32,000 nucleotides of DNA from Candidatus Saccharimonadota bacterium (GTDB lineage: Bacteria > Patescibacteriota > Gracilibacteria > Absconditabacterales > Absconditicoccaceae), in contig JAUIDC010000001.1 in assembly GCA_030429145.1 (NCBI GenBank), forward strand, positions 840,001 through 872,000, in the 5' to 3' direction. The notes beneath the pieces are model-generated. The model did no database searches. It had not been told where the DNA came from and worked only from the letters and a program-made list of their open reading frames with translations. Positions 19,688 through 29,040 of this stretch are shown here, in pieces (position 1 is the stretch's first letter; each line of letters opens with the position of its first letter). The position numbers were made by a program, and so were the translations under genes.

Positions 19688-20578
19688 CTAAGAACTCCTA
19701 GTCTTTTTTATGCCAAAAATACGATTACTTATCTGCACATAAAAAGAGATGATCTTATGAGAATTTGTCTTTGTAATTAACTTCCATACGATGGCAGAGA
19801 CTAACTTAAATAGTAATATTACTAGTAATTTTACTGTTGGGTAACCTAGTTTCTTATAAACATTGTATTGTCGTTTCAATACGGTGAATAATGATTGTTC
19901 CTTAAAACTCTTTACCTCATGTATTCTATACATGAATGTATAGTGAGGAATAACTTTAATGACATATTTTTGTGTAAACTGTAAATGGTAATCCCAATCT
20001 GCAAACAATCATGTTGTTTCATCAAACCTTATTTGAGCATCAGAGCGAAAGAGAGTCCCGCCAAATCCTAACGCATTATTATTACTTAAGAAGTCTTTGC
20101 TTGTAAGATGTATTTCTTTTTCTACGTTTAATAATACTTTTTCTGTATCTATTTTCTTTCCTTCTGCATTAATGTAGATTCTTTGTCAAGCGATGGCTCA
20201 TAGTGATACATCGTCCTGTAATTTCTCATATAACAACCTCAGAGAGGCGTGATCACAAAATTTATCATCATCGGATAAAAAAATAAAATACTTGCCTGCT
20301 ACCATATCAAGAGCTTTATTCCAATTGGGGATCATTCATATATTTTGATCATTATGGTAGTACCTAATACTAGGTGAGATAGTTTTATATGATTCCATCA
20401 ATAATGCCGTTTCATGGTTATCACTATTATCAACAATGATAATTTCCCCCTCGACATTATATAAACAATCTTGAGATAAACAGCTCTCTATACATTCTTG
20501 TAAATAATGTGGACGATTGTATGTTGGAATTAATATAGATATTTCAGGTGTTACACAAAAATTTTTATCTTTCAGCAT
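19688..20578 (-). CDS. Family 2 glycosyltransferase (296 aa)
   Basis: Track ORFs 20336-20578 and 19688-20008 are in the same frame, joined through four TGAs (20336, 20198, 20186, 20009). Motifs include ISILIPTYNRP, IIIVDNSD and FIFLSDDD. Confidence 0.8.
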
Positions 20579-20601
20579 CTGGCGGTATGCTTTTAAAGAT
20601 A

Positions 20602-20634
20602 CAAAAAAGGGCGACTAACCATCCTCAAGCCGCC
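20602..20634 (-). terminator. Terminator-like hairpin inside the leader
   Basis: The minus-strand RNA reads GGCGGCU (20628-20634), an 11-nt loop, AGUCGCC (20610-20616), then CUUUUUUG. The 5' arm shares 3 nt with the 3' strand of the 11-bp helix. Confidence 0.4.
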
Positions 20635-20642
20635 AGACTATG
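20631..20642 (-). repeat. Copy C (inverted) of the 12-mer CATAGTCTGGCG
   Basis: The plus strand reads CGCCAGACTATG, the exact reverse complement of copy A. Confidence 0.8.
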
Positions 20643-20733
20643 TCACCAAGATACCCCCAACGAAGGGAAGTACTCAGAAGAGAATAGCTAATCGCCTTCT
20701 CTTGCATTAAGGGTATGTCGTCTTAGTGTATAA

Positions 20734-20744
20734 CATAGTCTGGC
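20734..20744 (+). repeat. Copy B of the 11-mer CATAGTCTGGC
   Basis: Exact 11-mer match to copy A. It forms a perfect 11-bp inverted repeat with 20632-20642. Confidence 0.8.
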
Positions 20745-20756
20745 AGTAGCAGTATA

Positions 20757-20788
20757 CAAAAAAGAACCACCTTCTGCAAGATGATTCT
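20757..20788 (-). terminator. Rho-independent terminator after FkbM 20817-21671
   Basis: The minus-strand RNA reads AGAAUCAUCUU, loop GCAG, AAGGUGGUUCU (an 11-bp stem with two G-U pairs), then U6. Confidence 0.6.
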
Positions 20789-20816
20789 TTTAGTCGGTTT
20801 CCTGACTATAGGATGC

Positions 20817-21671
20817 TTACTCTCCTTTCCAAAAGTGACAATCGTGGTCATCGACCCAGTTATGATGAGTGAAACCGTATGATTTCATGAGCTGAATTGT
20901 TGCTTCTTTTGTAGGTACGTGAGGCATAATTTCGATGACGACGTCGCACTCAGACAACCCCGTCAGTAGCTCCTCCATTCCTTTCAGTACTTCGTATTCA
21001 AATCATTCTACATCCATAACGATGAGATCTGGCTTGATAGCAAGATGCATACCGTCGTATCTTTTCACAGGTACAGATATGAACTTTTCATGACTAGCAA
21101 GCTCATTGGATTTCACCATCTTGCTCGAAGCGTCATTTTCTGCTATGTACTCAAAGAGCGTTTCTCCATCGTGTTCTCCCAGACAGCAATTGTAGAGATA
21201 CGTTTTCTCTTCTACCTCAGAGAGGATTGTGTTGATCTTCAGTGTTCTAAATGTTGCTGGACTTGGTTCAAAACAGTAGACCTCATAGTCATGGTTTTTT
21301 GCGAGTTCAATAGCGTATCTTCCGATATGTGTACCGATGCTCAGAAATGTTTTGCGTTCGTTGTTTTTCGTTTTTTTGATATTATTTTTTATCACAGCCT
21401 GTACCTCTGGCTCGTAGTCAGGGATAAGTACTGTCCAGTGGTTGACGGTGCTACCGAGAAAGGTACCAAAGGGCGTTTTGAAAATAAATGGCTTATGAAA
21501 AAGCCTATGAGCCTTTGAGACTACCCTTCCCAAGGTGCCTAGCAGTACCGTATTGATCGTATAGAGCAACGCCAAAGCCAGATATCTTCGCATAAAGTCG
21601 ATACTTCATGAGATCTTTATATACCGAGGTATAGATGCAACTTTACTGAGAAGTCTTTTGATTTTCTTCAT
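20817..21671 (-). CDS. FkbM-family methyltransferase (284 aa from the upstream ATG)
   Basis: Track ORF 21003-21593 continues through TGA at 21003-21005 to TAA at 20817-20819 (...MDVE[G]FEYEVLKGMEELL...SYGFTHHNWVDDHDCHFWKGE). An in-frame ATG at 21669-21671 lies 3 nt after the GT9 stop and gives MKKIKRLLSKVASIPRYIKIS[G]SIDFMRRY.... The alternative start is 21593. Confidence 0.75.
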
Positions 21672-21674
21672 CAA

Positions 21675-22727
21675 TTAACGCACAAAAGGTAAAGTTTTCT
21701 GTAGTACTTCCTCTACTTCTATCCTATCCATCTCATCTCCTGCACATGCTGCAAAGCTTCCATATGCATCATAGCACTCAATATCCATCTTTCGAATTCG
21801 TTCTCCTGGGTATTTTTCGGTGCTAGTCAAATGCGGATACAGTCTTGCAGGATTAGTCGGCCCAGCAAGAGCAACCACAGGCACGCCAGCTACTGCACCA
21901 AAGTGCATAAATCAGCTCTCCTGACAGATAAGCACATCTGTCTTTGAGATAGCCGCAATAGTCTCTTTGAGTGAAAACTTCCTTGTCAGGTCGTGATAGC
22001 CTACGCGTTTCACCGTCAGTCTTCTATCCGATGGGCCACCGAAAGCGACCACATCATATCATTTATCGAGAAGTTCTGTGATAAGCTTTTCCCACTTCTC
22101 CAGTGGTCGCCATCTGCAGTCAGCTGTTCCATGGATACTTTTTGAGAGCTGATTGCCTCAGCCGAGAGCGATACCTATTTTTTTCCTTCGCTGAAAGCGG
22201 GTTTCTTTAAATGTCTGGTTTACCTTATCGCTCTGGGTCAGTGTGTACTCATAGCGCTGATCGTCCATATCGGGCTTGATACCAAGAAACTCACCGAGCG
22301 CCAGATAGTGTTCTACCTCTCTTCACTCTTTGTCTCGATAGTTCTTGTGTGTGAGGAACTTGCCGTCTTTTCCGAGTCTGTCGAGCCCGACTCTTTTTTT
22401 GAAACCTGCGAGCTTTGCGAGCAGGCCAAAGATTCGGTGCCTGTCCAATACCACTATCGTCTTATAGTGATAGTGATGTCTCATATGACGAAGTTGCAGC
22501 ACAAGCTGTATCATACGAAATATATTTCCTATCGTCTTCTTCTCAAAAATACTTTCATCAAAAACAGCGACCTCATTGATGGTCTTGTTTCCCTGCAATA
22601 TCACGGATGCTCTTTTTCCAACAAAATACCCTACTCTTGCTCCTGACTGTTTCACTTGTCTGACAAGCGGTGTTGTCATCAGCACATCTCCTATCGCTCC
22701 AATCTTGAAAAACAATATACTCTGCAT
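21675..22727 (-). CDS. Family 9 glycosyltransferase (ADP-heptose:acceptor heptosyltransferase-like, 350 aa)
   Basis: Track ORFs 22323-22742 and 21675-21908 are in the same frame, and no TAA or TAG lies between them (checked by hand). The sequence reads MQSILFFKIGAIGDVLMTTPLVRQVK..., then IGIALG[G]GN..., AFGGPSD..., and finally LICQES[G]FMHFGAVAGVPVVALAGPTNP. This is the GT9 pattern. Four in-frame TGAs. Confidence 0.8.
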
Positions 22728-22729
22728 AC

Positions 22730-23896
22730 CTACTTTGATCAATTATGTAAGAGTTTCTTATATACTGATAACACCAGCTGAATGCAATCCTCTCGTTTGA
22801 AAATCTTCTCTGGGATAGATTTGACGTCTGCATCGCCCTTAAAAAATGCTATAATCTTCTCAGATATCTCCCTTGGGCTTCCTGGCTCGACAAAGACTAT
22901 TTCTCCTGATACCACCTCAGGGATAGCAGCCACATTGGTTGTCATCAGAGGTTTCTTCATCGCACAGACCTCAGCAATAGCCAGTCCAAATCACTCTGCA
23001 TGTGATGGAAGACAAACAAGATCAGCCGTAGCAATCCATTTTTTCAATGTTTCTCCTCTTGCACCTGGTATCCACGTGATCTGCTCATTGTATCTTGCAA
23101 GTATCTCCTTATAGTCTTGTTCATCTACAGTCGAACGAATAAGTCCTGCTTTCTTCTTTGTATCTTGTGGCACGATAAGGACAAAATGAGCATCCTTATC
23201 AGCATCAGCCACAGCTGGGATAGCCTGTATCAGATCATCCAATCCTTTTGCCACTCATGGTCTACCAAAAAAGAGCACGATGTTTTTACCTTCCAATTTG
23301 TATTCCTTTCTTAGCTCTCCATTATCACTCATAGGTTTCCAGTGGTCATAGTCGATCGCATTGTAGACGGTCAAAAGTTTCTTATCGTCTATGCCATAGA
23401 CTATTCTTAAATTGTTCTTCGTGTAGTGTGATACACAAAGGTATTTATCAAAACGGAATCGTGTAAAAATGATATGCTCAAGAACAATTGAAAGATGTCC
23501 AAGCTTTCCAAGGAAACGATACCAGAGCTGTCCATATATCTCATGGACGTGAAGCACTGTCGGTAAGCCAGTAAATTTCTTTAGAATACCTGCTGGGATA
23601 GCGGCCATAAAAGTCGTTGCATGCACAATATCAACATGCTCACGCTTACAGATATCAAGAGCTTTTCTTAGCCCATATCGCATAAAGTCAAATCTCCCAT
23701 GCCCTACCCTATGGATAGTACAGTTCTCTGCATAGTCCTCTTTCTTTGCAAGTGACTGGTCATAACGTGACGTCACTATGGTCACTTTATGTCACTCAGC
23801 GAGTATGCCTTCGACGATTTTTGCGAAAAGTGTCTCGACACCACCGATGTGAGGATGAAAATATTCGAGGATAAAGAGGATATGTCTTTTATGCAT
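22730..23896 (-). CDS. Family 4 (GT-B) glycosyltransferase (388 aa)
   Basis: Three track ORFs plus an N-terminal extension share one frame. The sequence runs MHKRHILFILEYFHPHIGGVETLF...GRP[G]VAKGLDDLI...PSHAE[G, 22991-22993]FGLAIAEVCAMKKP. It ends ...LHN[G]SK then TAG at 22730-22732. Confidence 0.8.
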
Positions 23897-24623
23897 GATG
23901 ATGTTTTTTACCGCGATATCGATAAACAAAGAGTGTTTTGATGGCGTACCAACCATCCTTTAGCTTAATTTTCTTCCCATGCTTCTGTTTTCTTGGATAG
24001 TAGTGAATAGGCACCTCTCCATAGGTGTAACTTTGTCTCAGGAGCATTATAGTGACTGCCGGCTCCCATGCAAAGTCATTTTCTTTTGGATAGAGCAAGA
24101 TGTTTCTACACGAGTTATGATACATCTTATAACAGGTTGGTTCATCTGTCACCTTTCTTCCTACAAGGAGTGACGTAAGTAGCGAAACCACCAGTCAACC
24201 AAAGAGAAAGCCTACTGTTGAATAGTTCATACCGTAGTGTTTATAGCCACGTGTTCTTGAACCATAGCAAATATCCCACTGTTTTTCTTCCATAGTCTCT
24301 AGCATTCTCTCGAGATCTTTTGGCTCATACTCAAGATCAGCATCCTGTATCACATACACATCACCTGAAGCATGAAGCACTCCCTGCTTGATACTGTACC
24401 CCTTTCCATGGTTCTTATGATGGAGATATTTCACCTTACCCGTATAGACCTTCAAAAAAGTCTGGATAATATCATCACTTTTGTCTTTACTTCCATCATT
24501 CACGATAATAATCTCTTTTTCATAACCGATATGCGAAAAATCTAGGAGGGCAACCTTCTGCAGGAGCTGTCCGACAAATATTTCCTCATTGTAGACCGGT
24601 ATGATGATGGAGATTATCTTCAT
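23889..24623 (-). CDS. Family 2 glycosyltransferase, polyprenyl-phosphate sugar synthase type (GtrB/DPM1-like, 244 aa)
   Basis: Contains MKIISIIIPVYNEE...IIIVNDGSKD...NHGKGYSIKQG...VIQDADLEYEP. TGA at 24195-24197 joins it to the C-terminal piece. TAA stop at 23889-23891. Confidence 0.75.
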
Positions 24624-25030
24624 TCCTCTTTCCCAGAAAAATTAAAAAAATGATTCATAATGTAGTTCCAGACAAAGACTACTCACTTTGCGATCACTGA
24701 ACCTACAAGATAGTGTATCCCTGCATACTCCACAGCTCATTTCAACACGACGAGGTTGATGCCTAGTCCGATAACCTGAAAGAGGAAAAACAGCAAAGCT
24801 TGTACCCCATGTCTCCCAGAAAAATCACGAAAAGTCAGATATTTCTGAAAATAAAACCCAAAGGTAAAACTTATCACAAATGCCAACACCTGTGAGGTCA
24901 GATAGTAGATACCAACGAGATCGGTAAAAAACCAAAGGAAAAAGAGATCTATCATCGCTGCCAGACCTCCCCCGATGGCATATCTGATTAACTTTGAACT
25001 GTTTCGTACTCTTTTCGATAAGGTTCGCAT
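24614..25030 (-). CDS. GtrA-family small membrane protein (138 aa)
   Basis: Contains KLIRYAIGGGLAAMIDLFFLWFFTDLVGIYYLTSQVLAFVISFTFGFYFQKYLTF...[G]...NYIMNHFFNF. Three in-frame TGAs. It ends ...EE[G]R then TAA and overlaps the downstream ATG by 10 nt. Confidence 0.7.
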
Positions 25031-25066
25031 TGGCTGATTATAGAGATATCACCATAGAAATAAAGA

Positions 25067-26515
25067 TTAGTCGTGATGTTCTTTTGCGAGGGGAAAGAGC
25101 AATGCCATCGGAGCAAAGAAGATGACCAGCACCATGGTAAATACTCTATTTACTGTGGTTTGATCAAGGACAAACTTGTAGTTTTCCGTCACGAGGAAGA
25201 CAAGTAAGAAGATACCAAGGATAACGACAGGAGCTAAGATGAGAAAAAGTTTCTCTCTATCCATATGCTTTCTTCTAAAGAAAGCTCGAATAAGCATCAT
25301 CAGGAACAATACTGGTGCTACAGAATAATTATTGAGATCCCATATCGTATTCCAGATGGCTGGAAAGATCTCCCAGTGCACTGAAGCTGCTAGTCCAAGT
25401 CATGCATCAGCTCCTGCTGCTTGATTGAATCCAAGATTATAGTATGATTTGAGGAAGGTAAACGGTGCGATGAAAAAGAGAATGAGTGCTATAATGTATA
25501 TCCGTGTCGAAAGTTTTGAAAAGATATGAAGTTTTTCTTTTGTCTTCTTTCGGTGGATAAGAGAGTAGAGAATAAGTGCTATAAGCACGCCACTCATATA
25601 GACCACAAAGCCGTCATTTTTGACATAGGAGAGGATACTGAGAAACGCGATACCAAGGACAAACTCACTTGCATGTCCATCCTTCTGGAGCCGATCGTAG
25701 AATGCCATTACAGCAAGGGCCGTATAGGTAGCAGAAAGAAGATCCATATAGCCTTGTGTCGTATGCATAAAGAGTAACGGCAAGGAAATGATAACAGCTG
25801 GACCAATAAGTGCTGCTATAAGATTTTTCTTTTTCTGGTAGATCCATGTTGCAATGAGTCCGAGGAAGAAGAGTACAGACAGCCATGGGAAGAGATTGAT
25901 ATAGATATCATTGTAGCCGCCTATGAGATTCGCAATGAACGCTTGCATAGCAGGGATCATAATCGGATATCCAAGTCTTCCTCTACCAAGTATCTCAGAG
26001 GTATCTCCAAAGATATGTACTCCTCCATCGTAGAGGATATTCATGACAGGCATGTGCCAGTTACCAAATGCGTCATCTGCATACGAAGGCAAATTGGTTA
26101 CGAAGATGAAGGCAGTAACGAGGAAGGTTAACAGGAAGAGAATAAGGACAATAGCAATAGCCTTATGTCAATTGCTCATCTGTTTTCGACTTTTGATTTT
26201 TCGCTGAAGGGAGAGCGTTTTCCAAAGATCCTTTCGTTTGAGTGATGTAGCAAGAACTCTCACGACGAGTACTAGTAGCAAAAATGCTATAAGGATAGCA
26301 TATGCTGCTCGATCTATACCATAGCGAACAAACTGGAGAAGAAAGAGTCCATAGCTGAGCACTCCAACGCCGACAAATCGACTTGTCAGGTAGAAAAGCC
26401 AACTACGTAGACGACCTCCCATGATGATCCACGTTGCAATGACTCCTATCACGAGCGGAAAGAGAATATATGAAGCAAGATGACTAAGCATCAGACTACT
26501 AGAAAGTGCAAACAT
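25067..26515 (-). CDS. Polytopic membrane protein, GT-C (ArnT/PMT-like) glycosyltransferase candidate (482 aa)
   Basis: Track ORFs 26168-26515, 25400-26092 and 25067-25381 are in one frame, joined by two TGAs. There are 10 or more hydrophobic segments, and an acidic YADDAFGNW motif follows an early TM helix. The gene sits next to the GtrA and GtrB-like genes. Confidence 0.5.
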
Positions 26516-27507
26516 TATTGTGTCAGGTCATAGAAGATAAAATTGATACCAGAAAGCACAGCAGCTCCTGTATCTACTTCAGGCTGTACGTTAAAATAGA
26601 GGTGATAATTTGCCATCGAACCAGTTTTGACTACCGTACACGGACGCAGATAGACCGAAGACCAGTGTGCAACGAAAGGCCAGTCTGAATGTGCTTTTGC
26701 ATAGATAGTGCAGTTCTCAGCTTTGTTCTCAAGATTATCGAGATCGAGATACTCTCTTACCTCTCTCGTTACTGGAATATAGTTACCAAGTTCGAAGACC
26801 ACGTTCTCATAGTTTTGTTTATTGATATTGTGATAGGTATTTCTGCCGTGATCATATGTCAGTCTGGCTCCACCGATGATCATCAGTGTCATAAGCGCAA
26901 TGATACTTGCTCTGAGTAGCAGTTTCCATGAAAATTTCTTACGTACGATCAGAGTGATCACTACTGCGATGATGGCTAAGACAAATGCAAACAGTGGCCA
27001 TGACCGCCCACCAACCATAGGTCAGTAGTGCAGATTGATGCTATATGGGGCTATCTGTTCAAGATTCCAAAACCTCTTCCATGTCCAACCCAACGCATCT
27101 CCTACAGATCTATTTCTCATCTCGAGGTAGACTCACTCTGCTCTGAGTGGTCATGTCACGAGGAAAGCAACGTCTTTCTTTCATGCAGGAAGCTGTTTGT
27201 AGATCGGATCATCAGTAAATGACCACTCGTAATTGTTCGGCTCTACAAGCGTAGCGGCATAGACATTTTGTCAAACGATGTAGCCGTAGCCCCACATACC
27301 GTTGCCTTGCAAGGTTCCACTCGATACTTTGATCATATCGTTTCCGCCTTTTTCACCAAGCAAGATCACACAGCTTTGCTGACACCAAAAGGTGATACTG
27401 CCATCAGCATTTTCTGCGTACTGATTGAATCCTTGTTGTTCGTAGGCACTCACCAGTCCGACTCATCCGAAGACAAGCGCCATGATCATAAAGATAATTT
27501 TTTTCAT
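26515..27507 (-). CDS. Hypothetical exported/membrane protein (330 aa)
   Basis: Begins MKKIIFMIMALVFG[G]VGLVSA (signal peptide). Track ORFs 27271-27453 and 26515-27018 are in the same frame, linked by six TGAs. It has internal TM segments. Its TAA overlaps the next ATG (TAATG). Confidence 0.55.
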
Positions 27508-27530
27508 ATGAGAGATATATGTAAGTAAAG

Positions 27531-28442
27531 TTATGCTATTTCTTCTTTTGTCACTATACTGGTACCAACTTTACCAACAGCGATGGCACTTGCTTTGTTT
27601 CCAAAGACCACTGCCTCTTCTAGTGTCTTTCCAGTCGATAAAGCCACAGCCAGCGCAGCAATAAATGTATCTCCTGCTCCCGTTACGTCGTAGACCTGCT
27701 TCGCTTGTGTGTGCAGGTGTGATACTTTTCAGTCTTTTGTCACGAGCGTTGCTCACTTATCTCCTCTCGTGACTACTAGATTGATATCATACTCCTCTAC
27801 TATCTTTTGCGCTTCCTGTTCGATGATCTGATCATCATTAGGGATATCTTTTCCTATCAGCTCACGAAACTCTTTAAAGTTTGGTTTCATCAGATAGACG
27901 CCTTTAAAGTAGGTCATATGCTGTGGTTTGCTATCAACAAGGATAGGGATTTGTTGTTTATTCGCAAAGGCGATAATCTTTGTGATGAGCTCAGGACTCA
28001 TCGTCCCTTTATTGTAGTCAGAGACGACAAGATGCGTCGGCTGCAGTGAGGAAAGCACAGAAATGAGAGAGTCCTGTTCTTTTTCACTGAGTTCTATACG
28101 CTCCTCATAGTCGACCCTTAACATCTGCTGATGATAGGTCTTCTCGATAAATCTTTGCTTGGTAATAGTCGGAAAGGAAGTATAGAGTGGCGTACAAGGC
28201 AGATCGATCTCCTTACATGCGTCGACGAACATCTGTCCTGACAAGTCCTTTCCAATTGCTCCCACGAGAGAGGTCTCTTCTCCAAGAGCTTTAATATTTG
28301 CTGCGACATTTGCTGCGCCACCAAGCTTATAGTCCTCATTTTCTATATGCAAAAGAGGGCATGGTGACTCTGGATTGAGTCTTTTTACCCTTCCATATGA
28401 AAACTTATCTAACATAACATCTCCTATCACAACTATCGACAT
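27531..28442 (-). CDS. hldA: D-glycero-beta-D-manno-heptose-7-phosphate kinase-like (RfaE domain I, PfkB family, 303 aa); no adenylyltransferase domain
   Basis: MSIVVIGDVMLDKFSYGRVKRLNPESPCPLLHIENEDYKLGGAANVAANIKALG is very similar to the HldE/RfaE N-terminal kinase domain. The sequence ...VVTRGDK[G]ATLV...VYDVTGAGDTFIAAL carries the PfkB motifs. TAA stop at 27531-27533. Confidence 0.7.
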
Positions 28443-28479
28443 CGTCTATCTCTCACTATCTTGAACTAAAATGCTGATC

Positions 28480-29022
28480 TACATATTCACATATTGTATG
28501 ATATATTGTCTGATGACACTCTTGGATTCTTGCTGTGTCATCTGAAGGGACAACGAGTGCTATATCACTAAGAGGTGCTATCTTACCTCCTCACTTGCCC
28601 AAGAGTCCTAAGACAGTCATCTTTTTCTCTTTTGCTACTTTAATCGCTTGGATAATATTTGCTGAGTTACCACTTGTGGAAATAGCGATAAGCAGATCCT
28701 CCTCTTTTCCGATACCTGCAACCTGTTTTGCAAAAATCTGCTCATAGCCATAGTCATTTCATATAGCAGTAATGATAGACGTGTCCGTAGTCAGTGCGAT
28801 TGCTGGTAGAGAATCTCTTTCCGTCTTGTATCTACCAACAAGCTCTGCAGCCCAGTGTTGCGCGTCAGCAGCGCTCCCCCCATTACCACAGATGAGTATT
28901 TTATGACCGTTCCCCAGCGAGGAAACTACAAGGTTGATCGCTTGCTGCATCAACTCATACTGCTCATCAATAAACTTCTTTTTGACCTCAGCAGACTGAT
29001 AAAAGTACTCTTTCATATCCAT
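28480..29022 (-). CDS. gmhA: Phosphoheptose (sedoheptulose-7-phosphate) isomerase, SIS domain (180 aa as read)
   Basis: Contains ...[24 protein letters not shown]...[16 protein letters not shown][G][13 protein letters not shown]...[14 protein letters not shown]...[14 protein letters not shown]. Two in-frame TGAs. As read, the gene ends at TAG 28480-28482 just after a (TA)4 tract (see findings). Confidence 0.8.
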
Positions 29023-29040
29023 AAGGCGTTGATAGTGCTA

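Larger units (their letters stand above)
20579..20756 (-). promoter_or_regulatory. Candidate promoter plus structured 5' leader of GT2 19688-20578
   Basis: All elements are on the minus strand. A -10-like TATACT lies at 20751-20756. An 11-bp helix (20734-20744 with 20632-20642) encloses nested helices (20711-20716/20651-20656 and 20697-20703/20678-20684). A terminator-like hairpin follows at 20602-20634. An 8-nt segment that includes the A of the ATG (20578-20585) is complementary to 20630-20637. Confidence 0.45.

Noticed and set aside
19480-19701. A 73-aa plus-strand ORF in the spacer between the convergent GT2 genes.
   Set aside because: It starts inside the upstream gene at a non-ATG codon, runs into the downstream gene's 3' end, and has no motif. 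The spacer is better explained by terminator-like hairpins and repeat copy A.
20581-20592. An RfaH ops/JUMPStart-like element (GGCGGTATGC versus ops GGCGGTAG) in a polysaccharide operon leader.
   Set aside because: It lies on the plus strand, which is antisense to the GT2 gene it would regulate. On the sense strand only GGCGG matches.
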